Below are positions 54,871 through 64,000 of a stretch of 64,000 bases of DNA, piece by piece. A program made the position numbers and the translations under genes. Location of the stretch: NCBI RefSeq assembly GCF_009914755.1, contig NC_060931.1, one strand, 5' to 3'. Numbering within the stretch: position 1 is the first letter of the stretch; every line of letters begins with the position of its first letter. The notes beneath the pieces are model-generated. The model was not told the origin of the DNA and made no database searches. It saw nothing but the letters and a program-made list of their open reading frames with translations. This DNA comes from the human T2T-CHM13v2.0 reference genome, Homo sapiens.

Positions 54871-55504
54871 CCTGTCTCCCTAACCCTGTGTTCTAGAATG
54901 ATAGGAAAGAACAAACATATGAAAACAGGAGAGAGTATTTGTTTTCATGAGCACTCTATTGTGGCATAAATGTATTGCACAGCTTTACTTTCAGTGATTC
55001 TGTTTTTTTTTCAGCATTATTTACGTGTAACAAGAAACCATTTAGCTTTCAGCATAGACTCCTGATTTGATTTATGCTTAATAACACCCTTTCTTCCTAA
55101 GCTTGGCTGTGTATGGACGGTTATAAGTTTTGGATATAAAATGCATCCTGAATAGGAGTGAAGATTACCATGTGACATTTGTTTTTCCTGCCACCAGCTG
55201 TTTAGATTTAGTTTCACCATTCAACAAATTCAACATTTGATGGTTTTCACTCATCAAAGAACTAAATCAGCAGTTTCCCTACAAATTGGTAAAAGCTAGT
55301 CCTTTCATGATCTGAAATCCCGTGCCTGGATTGGGTCTGGATAACCATAGAGGGGAAGAAGTGATCCATGTTTAGACCTTACTTTTTGAAATCAATAAGG
55401 TAATGCCACAGACTGCTTAGATCGGATTCTGCCTGCAGATGTCCATGTCTCCTGAGACATAAGGGCAGTTCCATCTCAAAAGCCTGGGTAGGGTTTGACA
55501 GAGG

Positions 55505-55652
55505 TAGCTAGAAGACCACTGAGTTAAGATTCCCTTGACCATGGACAGGCTCCTGTCTTTTCTCATAGGACATAGCTAGAAGGCTAGAAGACCACTGAGT
55601 TGATATTCCCGTGGTCATGAACAGGCTCCTATCTTTTCTTCTAGGAAAATAG
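55505..55652. repeat. Diverged ~70-76 bp tandem duplication
   Basis: GCTAGAAGACCACTGAGTT...ACAGGCTCCT.TCTTTTCT..TAGGA occurs twice (55507 and 55583). Confidence 0.88.
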
Positions 55653-58399
55653 AGATTTACCTCATTGCTACATGGATTTGAACTTTTACTTTTGATAATC
55701 CAGGGTCATCCCCAACTTGATTTTTGAAGTTACTGAGTTTTTTCTTTGGACTCTGACCTTAATCCCTGCAGATGCTCCCAAGCCAGAGAGCCCTCTCTAA
55801 CTCTTCTCCTGGAATGCTAGCGCCCCAGGAGCAGGATCTCATTTCCCACAAGATCTCCAGGGCCTGGAAATGGTGCTTTATACATACTGTGTCCACCATA
55901 AATATGAGTGGGATGCATTTGGCACAGGTGGACCCTCAGGATGACCTATTCTTGTTTGACATTGTCTCCCTCATGGGATGGAAGTCCTGATTCTTTCCTG
56001 CCCTGTGTCAGCATCATTCTGAAGCCTTGATAAGCTCAAGCCTTGAAAAGCTGCTGGCCTTTTGCTGGAAAGTAAGAATTACGGCCTTAGACAATGGGCC
56101 TGGCATGTGGTGTATAACTAGTAAATGCCAAACCTGCTTCTCTGAATCTTCTGCCTCTGAGTCTCCTTAGGTGGTCTGTGATTGCCATGGGTGGTGGTAT
56201 TCAGGCATCTGTTCCTCTGTACTTTATTTATTCATTTTTATTTTTTAGTCCATTTTCATCATCTGTACTTTATTTTCCATTTCCTAGTCACTCAACATGA
56301 AGACATACTAGATAGACATGAAAAAGGAATATGGAGTTACCCGACCAGTTTCTTTCTTCTGACTTGCTTGCTGTTCTATGCCTGAGTAAGAAGAAAAAGA
56401 ATGTTATGTATCTGTTTCCATACAGATAATGTAAAACCATATTCATTCATTCATTTGTTCAAAAAAGATTTGAATGTCAAGTATATGTCAGTCACACAAG
56501 TAGTTGAAAATATGATTTATTTTTCACTACATCTTCAAAATAGAGATTTAAAGTCTTCCATTTAGAATTTTTAAGCAAAAGAGACTAGTATACAAGTTCA
56601 CTTGAAATTGAAGTGCATGAGTATTCTTAAGTGTCACTAGGGTTGCCTAAATTTAGTGACCTGTACATTTCATGAGTCTGGATACAGACTCTATTATAAA
56701 GAGGTTTTTCTTTAGCTAATTAAAAATAAAAGTCAAGCCATGTTGGTTCATCTTGAGCTTCTAGTGGTACCACATTCATTATACACATATTTATGGGAAC
56801 ACAATATGTGCAAGGCACTATCCCTAGGAGGATAGCTTCAAAAACTATGACAGAGAGAGAGAAGAGAATTGAGTGATTTATAAGAGATTCATCACATAGC
56901 ACAAGATAACTATATTATAAAATTGGCTAGAGGAGGAATTGTGTATATCTTACTCATTCTTTTTATCACCTAGTGAAGATGCTCAGTAACTTTGCTTCTG
57001 AGTTTCTGTACAGACACTTTTAAATAATATCGAAACCAAAAGTGTCTATATTTTTTTCTCTTTTAAGTCTATTGAATACTTAGTATTGAGGATCAAAAGA
57101 ACATTTCTCCTTCATTTTTTAAGTAAAATAAACATTCACTGATATATCCTGCATGCCAAAACACATTTCTTTGCAGAAAGATGGGCTTACACTGAAATGG
57201 GCTGACTTGACTCAGGATTTCGAACATATTAAAGTTTGTTCACAATGAACTGACATGTAGACAAGTATTTATATGAAGTCTCTTGTCAGTCAGTGCATAT
57301 GTCAAATCACCTGCACTTTTAGCCAGGAAAGCGATACCTTTTAGCAGGTGCTTGGTACAAAATCAAGCAATCAGGTCTTATCTTTGAAAATTATAACCAA
57401 AGAGCCAGTCCTCACCTGGCCAGAAAGTTGTTTATGCAATGAATCTCAAGCAAAACCCACCAATTCCAAAGATTTAAAGGCTCATAAAGGTAGCTTAGGA
57501 GATCTGTGAAAGGTTCATGTCCTATGTGAGGAATACAATGTGTGTGATTTTCTACGTATCTTCTGGTTTTGCATAAATATACATGCATATATATTTAAAA
57601 GTTAGCACTGAATCAAATATTTATCAGACCTTTGCATTACCTATAATACTTGCATCATAATATTATTTTTAGTTCTTTATTAGAGCAAATATATCATTTT
57701 ATGCAATGATATGCTTGTTTTACCTTCTTCTGTCCATCATGATAAATATGAAATTTTATCTCTGAAAATATAGGGATCGTCATGCTAACTTGAGGAAATG
57801 AAAAGAATCACTCTTATTCTGATTCTTGCCTCTATAGTCAAAATGGCAGAGTGAGTACACGTGGAACACAAAGCAGGGAGTGCCTCTCCATCTACTTGGA
57901 ACACAGAGAGTTGGAGGAAAAAAAACACTTAAAAAATAGAGTTTCACTGATAAAGCAGAATTTAAAATAAAAATTTCTGCTGAACAAAAACACAGTGAAA
58001 AAACACATGGCGAGCTGGCGCTGAAGTGCCTGGGGCACTGAGACGGGAAAGAGGGAGCTAATCTAACCCTTATCGTCCAAACCCCATGAGACACTAAATG
58101 CAACCCACCGCGGTGCATCTCGAGGGCTACTGCTCTGTGTGATGTCAAGGGCTGTGGTAGAAATGATGTGGCCCAGAGAGGAATCAGCTACCTGCTCATT
58201 CCAGTGGATTTTCCAGTGGTGCCTCCATGTGATCCCACAGGAACTGGAACTATGATTTCCTCCTGGCAAGATCCCGGACTTCTACTATAAGACCTGGTTC
58301 TGCACTGTAGACTGTGGTGTCAGGGCTGAGGCAATTGTCAAACTATCCACTACAGGTAGGCAAGTTTAGAAAGAGATAAAAACAATGAAGCAAAACAAA

Positions 58400-59405
<1,006 letters not shown>

Positions 59406-59838
59406 TTTATTTCTTTCAGTCCTGTTGTTGCCAGAACAGAATCTGTCTGCATTATTGTCTCTTCTTCTGCCACTGAGATCTCCTATTAATCTGTTTTTAT
59501 TGCCAATATTTATTAAACGAAGGGGCAAGTTATCAAAATAGCCAAAAGCTGAATTTTGTTTTCTCCCAATCAATGTGTGAATGTTAATCACCATTGTGCA
59601 GATACCCAGGTATCACTGGATGATTCAAGACTGTTGATTCCTTCCTACCTTAACTTTGGATTTAAGTTACTGTGGACTTAATTGACCTAAATATTCCACA
59701 GCCATATTGTCTCCAGGATTCCCTGGAGTTGGCTTGTGAATTTTTGGCTTGATCTATTCTATGGGATACGTGGAGCACAGATATTCAGCTGATATATACC
59801 TATGTGATGTACTGGCCAGCATTCACCACGACTGGTTG

Positions 59839-60333
59839 GTATTCCAAATCTCTATTGCTGCATAACAAACTACCCCTACATTTTGGACACAAAATGATAA
59901 CATTTATTTTGCTTATGAATCTGACATTTGGGGAGGGCTGGATGAGGCCAGCTTGTCTCTGTTTCACATGACATTGGCTGAGGTGGCTCTAAAGCTGGGG
60001 GCTGGAATTAGCTAAAGGCTCCCTCACATGACTAGTGGTTGATGCTGGCTGTTGACTGGGTCTTCAGCTGAGGCTGTGGCCAGAACCCCCTTGACCTCTA
60101 CATGTGGCTGCTTGGATTTCTCAGAGTATGGAGGCTGGCTTCCAGGGAGAGGTGGGGAGGGAGTCAGGTGGAAGCTGTATTGCCTCTGTCTGAGCCTGCA
60201 ATTTACCCAGTGCTGCTTCTACCTCATTCTATTCATTAGGAATGTGTCACTAAGGTAGGCCCACAGTCAAGGGAAGGGAAACTCTTTGATGTAAAAGAGT
60301 GACAAAGAATTTTCAGACATTAAAAGCACTGTA
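59839..60333 (-). mobile_element. MaLR LTR (MLT1F-like)
   Basis: 'ctattgctgcataacaaactacccc...tttattttgcttatgaatctg...tcacatgactagtggttgatgctggctgttgactggg...gtcactaaggtaggcccacagtcaaggg'. Confidence 0.8.
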
Positions 60334-60337
60334 GTCC

Positions 60338-60578
60338 TTATAAAGGTGCCTAGAATAAGCAAATTCTTAAAGACAGTAAACTAGAGGCTGCCAGGAACTA
60401 GGGCAGGATGCACGGGGAGCTTGTGTTTTATGGGTACAGAGTTTCTATTTGGGATGATGAAAAAGTTCTGGTAGTGAAGAGTGGTGATGGTTATATAACA
60501 TTGTGAATGTATTTTGTACACTTAAAATGCTTAAAAGGATACATTTTATGTTATATATAGTTTACCACAATTTAAAAA
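60338..60578 (+). mobile_element. L1MB-like 3' end
   Basis: 'tgggtacagagtttctatttgggatgatgaaaaagttctgg...ggtgatggttatataacattgtgaatg...ttttaccacaatttaaaaa'. Confidence 0.8.
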
Positions 60579-62969
60579 GCCATATTGTCTGCATCCATTC
60601 TAATTAATCATGCCTATTTTGGTCTTAAAATTTTTTAAATGGTCCTTTTGGATACATGTATGTCCCCAAAATATTCAGAAAGATATCCCTAACCCCTCCT
60701 TTCCCGGCAAGGATTTCACAAAGGCAGAAGGAAATATTACTAGTGAAAGGAGTGGTGACTTTTGCTGTGTGCTCCTGGGGCTAAAAGATCTAGAAAAGTT
60801 TGGGAATAAGCTATTACCAATTTTATTTCATGAGCAACCCGAAAGGGGAGCTACTTTTAATATGCGGGGATGACTGATGAAGCTCATGTTTCCCATTTAT
60901 GTTTGATGAACTCATAATTTTGTTTCCCTCCAGGGAAAACTCACTAAAATATGTAAAAGGGAAATCATAATGGAGATTTTCAACTTCTCAATTCAGCTTC
61001 ATCTTTCTGTTTGCTGGGAATGGGAAAAGCCAGATATCCTTATGGCTCACAGAGTGACACTGGGACTTGGTGAGAATGTGCTAAGACTGACCACCTAGTG
61101 AATAGAAGGTCCTTTGGTGTCTTGCCACACAAGGCAGCCTCCCCTGAAACATTGAAATCTAATATCTTGCATCAAGGAGAGGTATGGCTGAGGCATAGGA
61201 ACCAGGATCTCTAAAGGAAGAAAGAAGTGTTTGATAGGAAACGGGGAGGACCCCTTGACCCCAGACACTAGGGTAGTTCCTTGATTTAAAACATCTTTTT
61301 GATATTTGTTGTTAATTCTTTAACATCAGATCCTAGTCAGCAAACTACTAGAACACATGGCTCTCTAGACTGAGAAAACTGGCTACCCCCACTTCAGCGT
61401 GATGGTCCTCTGGTAGGAACACCACAGCTTAGTCTCTCCATGTTTTGCTTCTAACTGAGAACCTGGACAGATGCTGTCATGTATTTACCTCTCTTGTTTC
61501 TTAGTTTTATAAAAGTGATCATACTCACACATTAACTAATTGGTTATTATGCTAACAGCATGAAATATGCTTCTTTGAGATTATAATATGGTGATTGGAA
61601 GATTTTTTAGTATGAAAGGTTTAGAAGGCATAACGTTTCTATACAATCAGCCAATGTGGAAGGAAAGCTTTGGGCTCAGTAACACAGTGTTTCTTCTAAT
61701 GACTTGTACAGAGTATTTGTAAGTACTTGATTGCATTATTATCTGTCCTGATACTGGTTGAAATTTTTAGAAGAGGCTATAGGGTGTGTATTTGAGCATA
61801 TGTGGTGCATTTTATCTGAACTACTTATGATTTCAGCTAATTTGCCACAAAAGAGCTCCCTCCTGTCAGTCCCTGTTTCTGTAGCTTACCTCTGTTGAAC
61901 AGTAAGTTGCTTTTAGAGTGCAGGGTTACTAGCCACTGCCTTCAAATATCCGGCACTTGTTTTGGTGGCAGGTTTGTAAACACAGTGCCTTGGCTGTGAG
62001 GTGTGTTGTAAAACATAGGCAATTAATTACTACTAGTTAAGTGAATTCAAGTGGTTTATTTTTTTAAAAATTGAGCAGATTCAAGCTTTTTGCTTTAATA
62101 ATATTACTCTTATTTGCATTCTGAAATGCTTCCTTGATGAAAGAGAGTAGGTGAAGCTCTGGCTGGATCACTCTCATGAGAGTGTAGTCTGCAGGCAGAG
62201 GTCATCTATCCTGTGCATATTAAAGAATTCTAGTTAATCTCAGCGCTTTACATGGCTTGTATTTGCTTTTGAAAAAATCTGAAGACAGAAATGACTGAAC
62301 ACATGTTCCAAGGTGTTAAAAGCTTGATTAGGGTGCTGCCAGAAACATTCTGACTTTTCTGCTTAGTATGAGGAGAAGACCCAGTACCCAAGAATAATAT
62401 GAATTTGTCCTTTCTGCCTTTGGGGATTTGCTCCATCCTTGTGTGCAAAGTGCTATAGGGGCCAGTAAGGGAGGAAAGGAGCAGGGTGTATATTAGGAAA
62501 ATGATGTAGTAGGGATGCAATGCCTGTGATGTCAGATTGCCTTCTGGAGGTGTGATGGGGATAAACAGGTCATGACTGGGTGAAGGAGAGGGAGTAATAG
62601 GGTACGTCAGAAATGATGTAGGTGGGACGTGTGCTGCAAGGCAAAGGCATTAGAAAGGCTTGAAATCCAAGGAAAGAAATTTAAGAACCCATCCAGTACC
62701 TCTAATCTAATTATTCTACCTGGCCCTGCTGAAATCAGAGAAACCAAAGAAAACTGATTGGAAAACACTTTATTTAAATAGAAATCTCACGCTATTGAGA
62801 TTGAATTGGGTGAACAGTGGGATGACTTGAAGTTTAGAGGATGAAGTTGATTACTCAGCAAATAGTTTTCTGTGGCATCTTGTGCAGAATGCAGAATTTA
62901 TATCATTTGGCCAGGTTCCCCTTTTGTCCTCTTGTATGCTATACTATCTGTTTATAGCCCAAATTTTAC

Positions 62970-63105
62970 TTATTAGTACTCCTTGTAGGTCTGTCTCCCG
63001 GGCTAGATCGTAAACTGTGATGGCAGGACCACATCTGCCTAATTTACCGCTACATTCCCAGTATAGCGCCCAGCAAAAAAATCAGTTCTAATTAAATATT
63101 GGCAA
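62970..63105 (+). mobile_element. L2 3' end
   Basis: 'gtctgtctccc.ggctagatcgtaaactgtgatggcaggaccacatctg...cccagtatagcgcccagca...aaatattgg'. Confidence 0.55.
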
Positions 63106-63213
63106 AAGAGGAAGTATAACACAGAAGAAATGCCACAATATCTCACAGCAGATGAACTTGAGTTTAAATTCCAGTTCTATTACCAGATAAGAATTGACTT
63201 ATCAAATATCTAA

Positions 63214-63617
<404 letters not shown>

Positions 63618-64000
63618 TAAACTCACTGTCTGTAAAGGATGTCATTCAGTTTCTGGTTCTTAGTCGATACTCAATAAATGCTTTTTATTATTTATAGTAA
63701 TAATTTTAAAGTCATCTTTCTCTGTCTCTTGCTTGATTGGTTAGAGAAGACTAATGGAATTAGAAAGCTATGAAGATTCAGCATCATGGTGTTTGAATAG
63801 TATGCAAGAAAGTGTAAACTATCCTTAAGGCACTTGCTAGAACTCATTTCAGAAAGACATAAAACAATTCTTGCACCTTCTTAATGAATCCTTCCCTCAG
63901 ACTTCTGGTGGCTGCCTTTTCCTCTTAAACCCAGCAAGTCAGAAAAATCAAACAATGAAACTAAAAAAGTTAAATCTAACCATGGGAAGTGAAATAAATA

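Noticed and set aside
58005-58285. Second CpG-containing patch as a promoter
   Set aside because: It has few CpGs, no clear motif, and lies beside an old L1-like remnant, so it may be a decayed L1 5' region.

Overview
This is 64 kb of AT-rich, CpG-depleted primate (human or great ape) nuclear DNA; Alus and L1PA2-type LINE-1 ends show the lineage. I cannot support any intact protein-coding gene, RNA gene, large CpG island or CRISPR array, and I cannot name the locus. The longer ORFs are transposon translations (Alu, L1 ORF2 tail, Tigger1 transposase remnants) or are not recognisable as proteins. Interspersed repeats dominate: about 14 Alus, two young L1 3' ends, older L1M/L2/MIR fragments, a near full-length Tigger1 with an internal deletion, Tigger and hAT MITEs, three MaLR LTRs, and two solo ERV LTRs with intact target-site duplications (TSDs), one LTR3/HML-6-like and one MER51-like. 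LTR orientation and T-runs on the + strand suggest an intron of a + strand gene (inference). The best non-repeat signals are: a CpG-retaining ~320 bp element with a consensus CTCF motif and two TCF/LEF sites (28.6-28.9 kb); a candidate 24-nt microexon (6322-6345); a triple E-box cluster (22.4 kb); and an old ~165 bp local duplication (31.3/33.7 kb). I found no evidence of a new biological system. Repeat family names come from remembered consensus sequences, not a database search, and boundaries without TSDs are approximate.
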